A DNA stretch of 64,000 bases from sequence record OP589283.1. One strand, written 5' to 3'. A program made the position numbers and the translations under genes. Positions within the stretch are counted from its first letter, which is position 1; the number at the start of each line of letters is the position of its first letter. This document shows, one piece after another, positions 47,007 to 57,400 of this stretch. The notes beneath the pieces are model-generated. The model did no database searches and was not told the origin of the DNA. It saw nothing but the letters and a program-made list of their open reading frames with translations.

Positions 47007-47576
47007 ATGCTCAAAAAAATAAGGGCTTATTTTTCCACTAAGCGAAAAAAAGAAACGATAGCGAAGTTAATAGAAATAAAAGCCGGTTTCTACAAAGCAA
47101 ATGCGCAATACACTAATAACCTTAATGAGCTATACAATGTCCTATATAACACTGAATTGACGATTACAGACGATTTAGTGTTATTAAGGGGGGTTACTAT
47201 TGAATCAATGTTTACATCGTCTAAGGAAGCATGTGAGTTCGTTTTAGACGTAGTTGATAAGGGAGACGACTACCACAATAATGTATACCTTAACAAATAT
47301 ATTCCAATTAAACAAAATTATTTAGATTGGCGAGTCAACGATTTTACACTTGTTGAACTGGCTAAACTTTATAAATTGTTTATTAAATTGTTTTATTTTC
47401 ATCGCGCCAACAAAGACAACCTTCTGTCTTTGGATGAAGTAAACATTTATAATCGATTGACATTTAATCAACTCGATTTTTTCAAATCCATTCACGCATC
47501 ACGTTTAAGAGATGAAGCGATAAACTTTTATATTTTATTGCTTCAACTGGAGTTAGGGAGCTACCATGAAGAATGA
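47007..47576 (+). CDS. Hypothetical protein
   Basis: RBS aaggt; overlaps the next gene start. Confidence 0.65.
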   Translation: MLKKIRAYFSTKRKKETIAKLIEIKAGFYKANAQYTNNLNELYNVLYNTELTITDDLVLLRGVTIESMFTSSKEACEFVLDVVDKGDDYHNNVYLNKYIPIKQNYLDWRVNDFTLVELAKLYKLFIKLFYFHRANKDNLLSLDEVNIYNRLTFNQLDFFKSIHASRLRDEAINFYILLLQLELGSYHEE

Positions 47577-48015
47577 GCGAAAAAATAAACCCGATTCTAA
47601 AGGAAAAACATTGGCAGATACCATATCTAAGTATGTCAAAGACGAAGATTTATTGGATACACCTGCACGGTTATTTCGGGCACTTCAGAATCGTATGAAA
47701 ATGAATCCAATCATGTGGGCTAAATTACTCCGAGAATATTTAGAGCATTCGATTGTGATGCGGGACAAAGAGAAAGAGAAGAAAGCGCGTGCTCATCAGG
47801 CGGGTAACTATAAAACGGTTTTCTTCAATAATAATACGTTGACATGGAATAAGTTGCTTGAGGGGGTAAGTATCCTTCAGGCAAAAAAATGTAAGTTCAC
47901 CATGCAAGTAACGATGATGGATGATACGGTAATTGAAGTATCAGAAGAATGTATCATTAAGAACTGCAAAAACTCAGGCGATCCTGTTGAACTTGATGAT
48001 TTAGATATTAAGTAA
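47566..48015 (+). CDS. Hypothetical basic protein
   Basis: RBS ggag; followed by a terminator. Confidence 0.65.
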   Translation: MKNERKNKPDSKGKTLADTISKYVKDEDLLDTPARLFRALQNRMKMNPIMWAKLLREYLEHSIVMRDKEKEKKARAHQAGNYKTVFFNNNTLTWNKLLEGVSILQAKKCKFTMQVTMMDDTVIEVSEECIIKNCKNSGDPVELDDLDIK

Positions 48016-48020
48016 TCTGG

Positions 48021-48052
48021 GTAGGAGTAGAGGCTTCGGCTTCTGCTCCTAC
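48021..48052 (+). terminator. Terminator hairpin with UUCG tetraloop
   Basis: gtaggagtagaggc-ttcg-gcttctgctcctac. Confidence 0.8.
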
Positions 48053-48072
48053 TTTACTGTAAGGATTTTTTT

Positions 48073-49305
48073 ATGGGTACAGCATACGGTGCGGGTAATC
48101 AAGGCACATTAGACAGCATTAAAGAACGGTTAGATAACGCTAAAAAATTAGGGAGTACGTCAGTAAGTAGTTACGAAGTCTCTGTTGAAGAAACACAATC
48201 AAAAGGGATAGCCATCATTACCCCGGATGATGTGAGTGCTGAATCCGCGATTGGAAGTTACAAAGAGACTGTCGTTGAACAAATGGACAGCAAGGTAGGT
48301 AACGCCGCAGGAGGTATTTTAAACGCAGTTACGGCACCTGGAAAAGATACACTTAACCGTATTCAAAATGATGATGCGAGTGTGGTCGATGACTTATTTA
48401 GTAAAGTTGACCAATATAAGAACGCTCCCAAAGGTTATCAAACAGCGATATTAGACGATCTTGCCAATAACGTTAACAACGCTGACCTCGGAATGGAAGG
48501 AACCTATTCAGCAACGTTAAAGGAATTAGGTACTCGTAACTTTGGTAGTGGAAGCGGTGGGTTTAAGAATAACCTTGTTGAGAACATTAACTCTGCCTTT
48601 AAACTGGCTACTGGTGACAACAGTACCAAGTTACTTTTAAGTAACGGTTCAGGTGAAAATCCAGTATCCCTACAACTCAGCTCTTTATTGTTAAAAGGGG
48701 GTGGTGATAAACTCTTAAACGTAGTCAGTGATTATACTGGTTTTAGTTTAAGTAATGTTGCACAGAAGAACGCCATTGTTAGCACACTTCTTGGTAAAGT
48801 AATCGATTTAGGGGTAAAGGAGTTAATCGACCCTTTAATCAATAAACTGCTCTTTGGTGCTGAACGAGATGAAGCGTTATTATGGAATGCAAGTGGTGCA
48901 ATTTCCGGTGGGGACATTCGTACTTTAAACAAAATTATTGAAGCCCTTAGTGACGATCAAGCCAGAAAGAATCTGTACCGCACTTACCCTATGGCGGTAG
49001 CAGATATTTTACGAGCATTTCGTTTTCGTTACGAAGATAAAGAAAAGGATTATCCATATTTAAAATCCCTTATGTTGGATATCTTTGTAAAGTTCGGCGG
49101 AACAAACTGGATGTATCATCCTGATTATCTCACTGAGAAGTATGTTAATTTAACCTACACTTCTGTTTCTCCTGATGCAATTACTTTGTTGATGGACATT
49201 CCAGAAGTTGCGCCTATCATTCAGTGTAATAATTTATTTGCTATTATTCCTGCTAAAATGGTTTTCTTACGCGACTTCAGCAATGTGCCTATTGTAGACT
49301 ATTAA
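48073..49305 (+). CDS. Putative virion (tail/baseplate) structural protein
   Basis: 410-aa ORF next to tail genes; G/S/N-rich N-terminal half. Confidence 0.55.
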   Translation: MGTAYGAGNQGTLDSIKERLDNAKKLGSTSVSSYEVSVEETQSKGIAIITPDDVSAESAIGSYKETVVEQMDSKVGNAAGGILNAVTAPGKDTLNRIQNDDASVVDDLFSKVDQYKNAPKGYQTAILDDLANNVNNADLGMEGTYSATLKELGTRNFGSGSGGFKNNLVENINSAFKLATGDNSTKLLLSNGSGENPVSLQLSSLLLKGGGDKLLNVVSDYTGFSLSNVAQKNAIVSTLLGKVIDLGVKELIDPLINKLLFGAERDEALLWNASGAISGGDIRTLNKIIEALSDDQARKNLYRTYPMAVADILRAFRFRYEDKEKDYPYLKSLMLDIFVKFGGTNWMYHPDYLTEKYVNLTYTSVSPDAITLLMDIPEVAPIIQCNNLFAIIPAKMVFLRDFSNVPIVDY

Positions 49306-49313
49306 CCCCACTA

Positions 49314-49351
49314 TACTCCTCCAGTATCCCATTTGGGATACTGGAGGAGTA
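49314..49351. terminator. Bidirectional terminator hairpin
   Basis: tactcctccagtatccc-attt-gggatactggaggagta. Confidence 0.8.
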
Positions 49352-49353
49352 GA

Positions 49354-51378
49354 CTATCTTGCCATTTGTTTGTGGAAAATACGGAATACGTCTGACACAA
49401 TACTATCACTTACTTTAGCAGCGATGTTTTGCGCACTAAATGTTTGTGTGATATTGAGTTTAGCGGAAGTTAAACGTTGGTTTAAGATACGGTATTTCAA
49501 GACGGTGTCTAAATAGTCTACCGCAGTTAATCGACTCAAATAGTTGTTATATCCATGAGTATCGTTTAACATCCGTTTAACATAGTGAGCAGGGTCACTT
49601 AAATCAAATAATCCACCCCCACGCATAATAGGAACACTGACCATAGGGTCTAAGTCCACAATATTGAGTCGTATCCGAATGTTTAATGGTTTACGGTCTT
49701 TTGTCCAACCTGCATCCCCCATACCAAATTCGAAGTCAGCAGACTCCACCATTCCTGTACGAATAAACGTTTTTCCCTTAGAGAATGCTGAAACCATCAA
49801 AGGAGCACTGTGAGAACTCGCACCTGTACTTGCACCTGCTACTAGCGGGAGTATCATTGCAAACAACGCCCAAATTTTAACAATCTGTTCGTAAGGGTGA
49901 GCGTAAGTACAGTGACTTTCAATGGTAAACGCTTCTCGATGTAAACTGGTGCTAAAGGATTCCCAATGTTTCGGTAATCGAATATACGAGTTATTGGCAA
50001 GTGCTAACGGGATGTTACCAATAATGGAACCTGATAACGCACCGTTAATCATATCCACGCCAATATTCTTAATAGCGTCAATAGGGTCAAAACCAGTGTT
50101 CATTCCACCAGTAGCAAATTTAAGTTGGTTAATCGTTTGGGTCAATCCATTAAACTTGTCTTCTAATGGTGAGCTGGTTGCACTGTTGCTAAAGCTATCA
50201 CTCACCGAACTTTTGTCGTTGTCAATTCTAAATGTAATACCGTTTAACCCACCATGGAAAGCAGCGGTTAACATTGATTTAACATCGTTATACCAACCTC
50301 CCTTGTCTTGTTTATAAGCATCATTAAACTTCTCATCAGGAATTTTTTCGTTTGCTGCTTGAGAATCGTCGACAATTTGTTGGTTAGCTTTAGCACGGTA
50401 GTATGCTGAAGCTTTCTCCGTGTTTTTAGCTTCTTCTTCTGTAGACCCCCGAATCTTACTTACCGCATTGATTTCCATCTCCGCAAGCTCATGAGCATGC
50501 TGCCCTTGAATTTGTGGTATAGTCATTTCAAGGTTTTCGATGATACTTTGAATAGCGGCATCTTTTTCAGAAACAGTTGTAATAGCTTGGTTGTCATCCA
50601 GTTTGGATACCTGGTCAAGCATGTAAGCGTATTTACGCGCACCCTTTTGAGATAGTTTCAATAAGTCCAGTGTGCCGTCTGGGTTTACACAACCAGGAAA
50701 TAACGTATGAAGACGACTCATCTCTGTTGCAAGCTTGGTTTTGTCACCGGGTAACATACCGTGAAGCATGTTGTAACTACTGTTTTCACGAATAGGTAAC
50801 ACAGGGATGATGTAACCTAGCTTTACCATGATGTCGTTTAATACACCCTGAGCAATCATCATGTGATGACCTGTTGCTCTTTTTAAGTTATAAAAACTGG
50901 AGTTAGGGGTATCAAATAAAAACTGTAAGAACGTTACACTAATACTTACTAATTGGAAAGGCCAGAACGCAATTGAAGCTGCACCCTGTGCCAAATAAAA
51001 AGCGACTCCCGGTGCACGACCTTTGTTAGCAGCTACTGCCGCTTCACCATCAATCATGTTTGACACAAAGTCAATCAGACCTGCAAATTCTGGGACACCT
51101 GCTACTAACGTTACCGTGGATACGTTGTCGTCGTACATTGACTTGTACATATGACCCATGCCACCTTCTTCACTCACCATCGCTCGTTTAATACGGGGGT
51201 CGGTTGCAGGACTGAATTGGGCAATGGTGTTAAAATAGGTATTGTCCCCAGTAGCGCTACTGAAGATATTAAATTTGGTTCCCCATTGTAATCTGTCTAA
51301 TACTTCTTGTGGGTCGGTACCGTGAGAGATTAATCTCAAGGATTTCAAAATAAGACTCTTGTCTTTAATTCTCGCCAT
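49354..51378 (-). CDS. Tail/baseplate structural protein (phiKZ gp182-like)
   Basis: Directly downstream of the giant tail muramidase gene, as gp182 follows gp181. Baseplate-like C-terminus (LPKHWE...RTGMVESADF..G..GW...P..I.I.LNI.DL). Confidence 0.65.
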   Translation of the reverse strand: MARIKDKSLILKSLRLISHGTDPQEVLDRLQWGTKFNIFSSATGDNTYFNTIAQFSPATDPRIKRAMVSEEGGMGHMYKSMYDDNVSTVTLVAGVPEFAGLIDFVSNMIDGEAAVAANKGRAPGVAFYLAQGAASIAFWPFQLVSISVTFLQFLFDTPNSSFYNLKRATGHHMMIAQGVLNDIMVKLGYIIPVLPIRENSSYNMLHGMLPGDKTKLATEMSRLHTLFPGCVNPDGTLDLLKLSQKGARKYAYMLDQVSKLDDNQAITTVSEKDAAIQSIIENLEMTIPQIQGQHAHELAEMEINAVSKIRGSTEEEAKNTEKASAYYRAKANQQIVDDSQAANEKIPDEKFNDAYKQDKGGWYNDVKSMLTAAFHGGLNGITFRIDNDKSSVSDSFSNSATSSPLEDKFNGLTQTINQLKFATGGMNTGFDPIDAIKNIGVDMINGALSGSIIGNIPLALANNSYIRLPKHWESFSTSLHREAFTIESHCTYAHPYEQIVKIWALFAMILPLVAGASTGASSHSAPLMVSAFSKGKTFIRTGMVESADFEFGMGDAGWTKDRKPLNIRIRLNIVDLDPMVSVPIMRGGGLFDLSDPAHYVKRMLNDTHGYNNYLSRLTAVDYLDTVLKYRILNQRLTSAKLNITQTFSAQNIAAKVSDSIVSDVFRIFHKQMAR

Positions 51379-51402
51379 GGTATTTACTCAAGTTAACTGA
51401 AA

Positions 51403-51442
51403 AATAAAGGGAGGGAGCTAACCTCTACCTCCCTCCTTTATT
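51403..51442 (-). terminator. Terminator-like hairpin between tail genes
   Basis: aataaagggagggag...ctccctcctttatt. Confidence 0.55.
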
Positions 51443-51444
51443 AC

Positions 51445-54400
51445 TTATTTTAACGCGACTGTCATAGGATCATTTTTTGATTGATTCATTTTCTGCAATT
51501 CAACCAAAATATTCGCCAACAGTTTAGAACTATTTGGATCATTAGTGTTGATGCCTCCCGCTAACAATTTCTTCAGTTCATCGTTGTTGTTAATCACTTG
51601 AACTGGAGTAGGTGCCGCAGGAGTCTCTTTAGGTAATGGTGCAAGTGACGCAGGTACACCATCAGGCTTAGTTGTACCAGTAGGTTGTGTCGCAACTTGT
51701 TTGTTAACAACACTATCATCAGGCGCAGCCACTCCTGCAAACGGAATACTGGATTTCTGGTATGGTGCTTTCTTTGGAATAGCAGCAGTAGAAACTGTCT
51801 CAGCTTTCTTATCTTCATCCTTGTTTTCTGCCGTTAACGTTCCGTCTACTAAACTACTTAAGTAATCTTTGTAATAACCAAAACGTTTATCCATATCCGG
51901 TAAGTTTGCATTCACCCCTTGTGAAGCAAAAGCAAAGTTATCATTCTCCGTGATTGTTCGCATCTTTTTGTTGCTAGCAAAATATTCTACGAGAATCTTG
52001 GCCATGATATTTGGGTCTTCACTGGCAAGTTTAGGGTTACCCACTAAATCTAATCCCAGTCTATCCCCAATTGACTTATAGTTGTTCTTACCGGTTAATT
52101 GAATGAACCCGCGACCGCGATAGCGCCATCCATCCCCCGGATTAGTGTTACCTAAACTAAGTCCTTTTGCACCTCCATAAACCGTGTTAGCCGTAGTCAC
52201 AGGACCTGCTTTCATTAAGCTACGTGCTTGCTCGATCGTCTTCACTTCACTGAATAAGTCCACCATCCGTTTAGGGTCGGTGTATTTCAGGTTCTCTGTC
52301 GACTTCTTAAATCCACCGGACTCCACGTAAGCGTTTGCTAATACTAACGCAATTTCACGTGGGTCGGTAAATCCTCTCGCCAGCATTTCCTTAATAATAA
52401 GCTGTTCTGCTAACTCCCTTGGTACACTAATACCTTGGTCGTCTCCTTCGTTAGCTGTGACACCACCGTAGTCCAACATTTTGGTGTCAGTGTTACCTTT
52501 GATGGGTTCAAAATAGGTTTTGGTGTAAGTATTACCACCATACCCACCTGCTAACATAAAGTCTTTACGACTCTTCGCATCATTCCCTGTTGTGCGGTTA
52601 GACGTGTAAAGAGTTTCTTGTCCCTTTGTGTTGGTTTCAACAATCTTACCTAAATAAGCTTTCGTGCTTGTCCGTTTTGCTTCCGCAATAGGGTCAATCA
52701 AATTAGCACGAGAAGATTTCTCTTCCAACACACTTAAATAAGCAAGAATCTTTTCTCCCAATTCATCATCGATACCGTCTTTAAATGCACTGTATGATGT
52801 CGTTTCAATAACAAGGTTGCGACGTCCTGTTAATGATTTCGTTAGAGTAAGTGCTTTTGCAATTTTGTACTTAGCGGTCGCAGATAGTTTCGTCCAGTTT
52901 TTACCTGGGGCACCTGTACCGTACTCATTGTAATAACTCATGTACCCTAAGAATGCAGGTAAGAATCGACTGTTGAACCAGTTAATCCATGTTCCACGAT
53001 TTGAGACGTTATTACCAAACACACTGGAAACTTCGCTGTAAACATCAATAGGTGTTTTTGAGAAGGTGACTTCTTGCCCATTGATGGAAACGTACTTCTC
53101 ACAGTAACGTTCTAAATACAGTACAGCTTCCACCTCGCTTTGATTAATTAACGATACCCCATACATCCCAACTCGTAATGCGACAAATGGGTCTAGTGTA
53201 CCATCTTCAGGCATCAAATCAGTAACGGATAAATCATTACCACTCTTAAACTTAACCACCGCTTCGTTATTAAGGAATTTCAGTTTTTGTTCAACATCCT
53301 GTAATTCTCTTAAGTTAGCAGTGCGTTCAAAATAGTTTTTACCGTTAAAGTTATCATCCCTAGCGATTTGTTTTAACTCATCGCGTTTAGCTTCTAATGA
53401 CGCCTTAGATTCCATTTTTAACTGTGTTGTTACATCAGTCTTTAACGCATCACCTAACAACTCTTTCCAATCTTCAAAAAGATTATCGGTAAAGGTTGTG
53501 GTATTATCCAAGTTAATCAGTAAGGTATCTTTATCAATACGTGGGGTGACGTCGTAGACATTAGGGGTGATACCGTTGATTGCACGTTGAACGTCTTTAG
53601 CGATACGATAACGAATAATATCTTCGTCACTGTCATAAGCTTCCATGCCTTTAACGTCTAAAGCCTGCATGGTTCCACAGTAATTCAGGAACACAGGTTT
53701 AAACCGGTAAGTAAACCAAGATAAGAACGCTTCTACTTCTTTACCATCTTTTGGATTTTGTAAGAAAAGTCTTAGCATCCCTTCCACATCAGCTTGTTCT
53801 GATAAACTTGCAGATGTACCTTTAATGACAACATATTCTTCTAAGAAACGTTCTAAGTTGAATACCCGAGCAGCAAGGTCACTTTGGGAATCAGCAACAC
53901 CATACTGTGCCATACGAATTTGAGCAGGAAGTTTTGGTTTATCAAAATGTTTATAAGCTTTGTATGCGCCGTAACCAACCGCACCTACGGCCGCTGCACC
54001 GATTACCACAGGCCAAGATAACAATCCTGCAATACCAGCCGCTGCACTGCTTAATAAACCACCTACACTGTAACCACCTAATCCTAACACAGAGTTTGCC
54101 ATACCCCATGTACCTGCTACCCCTAATGCGGTAGACGCTACACCAGAGACGTCATCAACAAGACCACCTTCTTCCACTATACCAGAAGACACTAAAGCAC
54201 TGGTGCCATAACTTAATGCTGCGCCAGCCCCTAACAGTTTACCTCCTTTAAGGAAACGAGAAACGGCTTTACCTTTATTACCCGCTTTTACTTTTTCTCG
54301 CTTGGCTTTTTCTTTGTCAGCTTTATTTTGTTTGCGTTGTTCTGGAGTTAGGTCTTTATCTCCCCCAAAATCAGGAATCCAACTTCCTCCTAACGCCCCC

Positions 54401-57400
54401 ACAATTGCTGCGATACCACTAACCAATGTTCCACCAATAGATAGAATACCAGTAGCGATTTTGGGTAACAATCCACTGATTAATCCAAAGCCAGAAGTCA
54501 ATAAACTGAGTAAGCCTCCTTTCTTCTCCTCCTTCTTCTCTTTGTCTTTACCTAACCCTCTGACCATGTCTAAGAAGGAACGACGATACTCCTTCTCTTC
54601 TTTCTCCTCTTTTTCTTGTTTCAAATCTTCAAAAGAGTTTTCACGGACAAATGGCTTCCCGTCTTTATCAGTGGTTGGTGTTTCACCCTTCGCTTTCTTA
54701 CGGCGTTGTTTACTAATAGGGTCTACCGTTCCCTCTTTACTCTTATCAGACGACACGGGAGGAGTCACCCCAGCGGTTCCGGGTTCAGCAGGCATTGGTT
54801 CCCCTGTTACAGGGTCGTTAAAACGAGGTGGGGTTTTGCTGTACTTCCAGTGTGCCATCAATAAGTCATAGATGCGGTCTACCGAAGACACCACTGGGGT
54901 TAAGTCAGTAGTAAACGCATTCTTTGTCATTTCTTTAGCGCGGTTCATTGCAGGATTAAAACGTTCCTTCATAATCCCGAACTTTTCACCTAACCATTTA
55001 CTGACTTTTCCAAGAGTTGATTTGGTAGTATCTAAACTTACCCCAAAGATATTGCATAATCCATTATCGTAATCTGTTTGGGTAATAAGAGGTTCCATAT
55101 CACGGTCATAGACAGGACCTTTAATATCCGACCATGAAGTAACTGGGTTACCATTCTCATCAAAGTACCAACCTTCTTGGAAACCTTTCCGTGTTAATAC
55201 TGGGGTACGGCTTACTCCGGTATCTGTTTTCAGATACACCGCAGATTGTTTAACTCTTGTGACCGCTGCATCTTTTAACTTAGTTAAACGATTTAAAGGG
55301 TCTAACCATCTAAACGCTCTAAAAAGTAAATCCTTACCTTTGTTTAATCCTGCCAACAGAATAGGTTTACCTTTACTCGTCCACAGCTTCTTACTTAATT
55401 GATAAGCAGAAGCAACCAATGCACCGGTTTTAGTGACAACGGCACCAATGATTTCTTTCCAAGACGTTAATACCTTTTTAGCTACCGCACAATAGTACTC
55501 ACCCCGTTTCAGACGTTCTGCTTCCAGTAACGGAGATTCCGCACCTTCTTCATAAATGTCTTCGTCGTCATACACACCACGTGCTTGTGCCTTCTCATGG
55601 AACTTCATGTATCCCACAGTAAGCGCACTCACCCCACCAATTAACATCGCCATTTTGGGATCATGGAATGCGGTGGCTGCTAAGCCCCCTAATAAGCCGC
55701 CTAAGATGAGTGGGTCATGTTTAAGTATCTTATCCATCCCACCAGAGAATAATCCACTACCGAAGCCCTTGATGCGTTCTAGGATACCTTGCTTCTGAAC
55801 TTCTGCTTCATCTTTCTCTTGCTTCTCTTTACGACTCACAATTGTTTTAGTGGTGATACCTTCTTTTGCTACTCGTTCAAGTAGTGCTTTCATGTCAGCC
55901 GTATTTTTAGCAACATCAGCAATACCAGAATTGATTTTCGCTAAAGTAGGTTCAAGATTCTTTAACCCACCCAAATCAAATTTACTGAAATCCAACTTCT
56001 TAATGTTTTCATTAAGTTCGCGGAAGACGGTGTAATCGATAGCAGTAGGTTGTTCGGTGTCTTGATTAGCCTTAGGAGTTTGCAGTGAATTAAATCCACC
56101 GTTATTGAAATTAGATTTACTTTTTGATTCTGCTTTCTCCATCGTCTTAGACAATGGGTCATTACCTTTGGCATATTCCTCAATCAAACGCCAACGGAGT
56201 TCATTATCAAATGTATCATCTTCTTTCAAAATACCTGCACGACGTAAAGCATCGGTATTACCCGCAGCTTTCATTTCGTCAAAACGGTCTGCAATGCTTT
56301 GTGCACTTTGTCCAAGGTAGTTGTAAGACTCGCTCACCTCGTTTAAGCGTTTAATGTCTTTGATACCAGCAAGCGCTTCAAGCACACTACCTAAATTACC
56401 ACTTTTGAATTTGTCGATATCATCTTGGGTTAATCCCCATTGAGAGATCATCAACTGCCGTACTTTCTCAGCTTCGGCTTTAGTAAACCCTTCCCCTTCT
56501 AATTCCAAATAGCTGTAAGGGCTGAACGCTAATCCTTTATCTTGATTACGTGCAACTAAGGCAGCTAATTTCCCACGAAGTGTTTTATCATTAGTTAACA
56601 CACCATCTTTATCTAACTTATCCACAACGCGTAAAGAAGAATCAGCATAGCTACCTACTTCATTTTTAGCAAACACACGAGACATAACAGAACTGTCACG
56701 TTCTTTCTGCCCTATGAATCGGGCTTTAACAATGTCGTAGTGTTCGGCTTTTAAAGAATTGTTACCCGTGCGGATTTTTTCTAAGCTTAGGTTAATGTTG
56801 GCTAGATGAGCTGGAATCACTTCGTTCAATGTCAAATCATTACGTAGAGACCATTTTGCAGGATTAGCTAAATCAGCATGACGGCGAAGTTTGTTGGTGA
56901 TACGTGTACCAGAAGAGTTGTATAAATCCTCTGTTAGACGATTACCTACATGAGTAGCACCTGCCTTTATTTTTTCCTGCGTCCACCACACTACTTTATT
57001 GAGGGGTTTCTTGCCTTCTTCTTGCATACGTTCTACGTAATCATCGTAAGACAAATCTTGTCCTTCGTAATCATCGTAACTAGAAGAATGTTTGGCGGCT
57101 AGGTTAACCAACCCTTCAGTGTTACTGGTTAAATAACTTAACCGACCACCCTTGTCGTCTAACCAAGCGTATTTACCTTTTAACTGTTTATACAGTTTAG
57201 GGTTCTTACGGATAAAACTGCGAATACGTTTCTTCGTCCACCCTGATTTAAGAAGTTTGGGGATTAACGCGTTAACAGCATATTCACCCGCCAGACCGCC
57301 CGCAATGTTGAACATGTCTAGTTCCATACCTTCTGACATGGAAGCAGTCATTTCAATAGCACTGGTTAAGGTATTTAACGCATCATACTTTTCACTCCGG

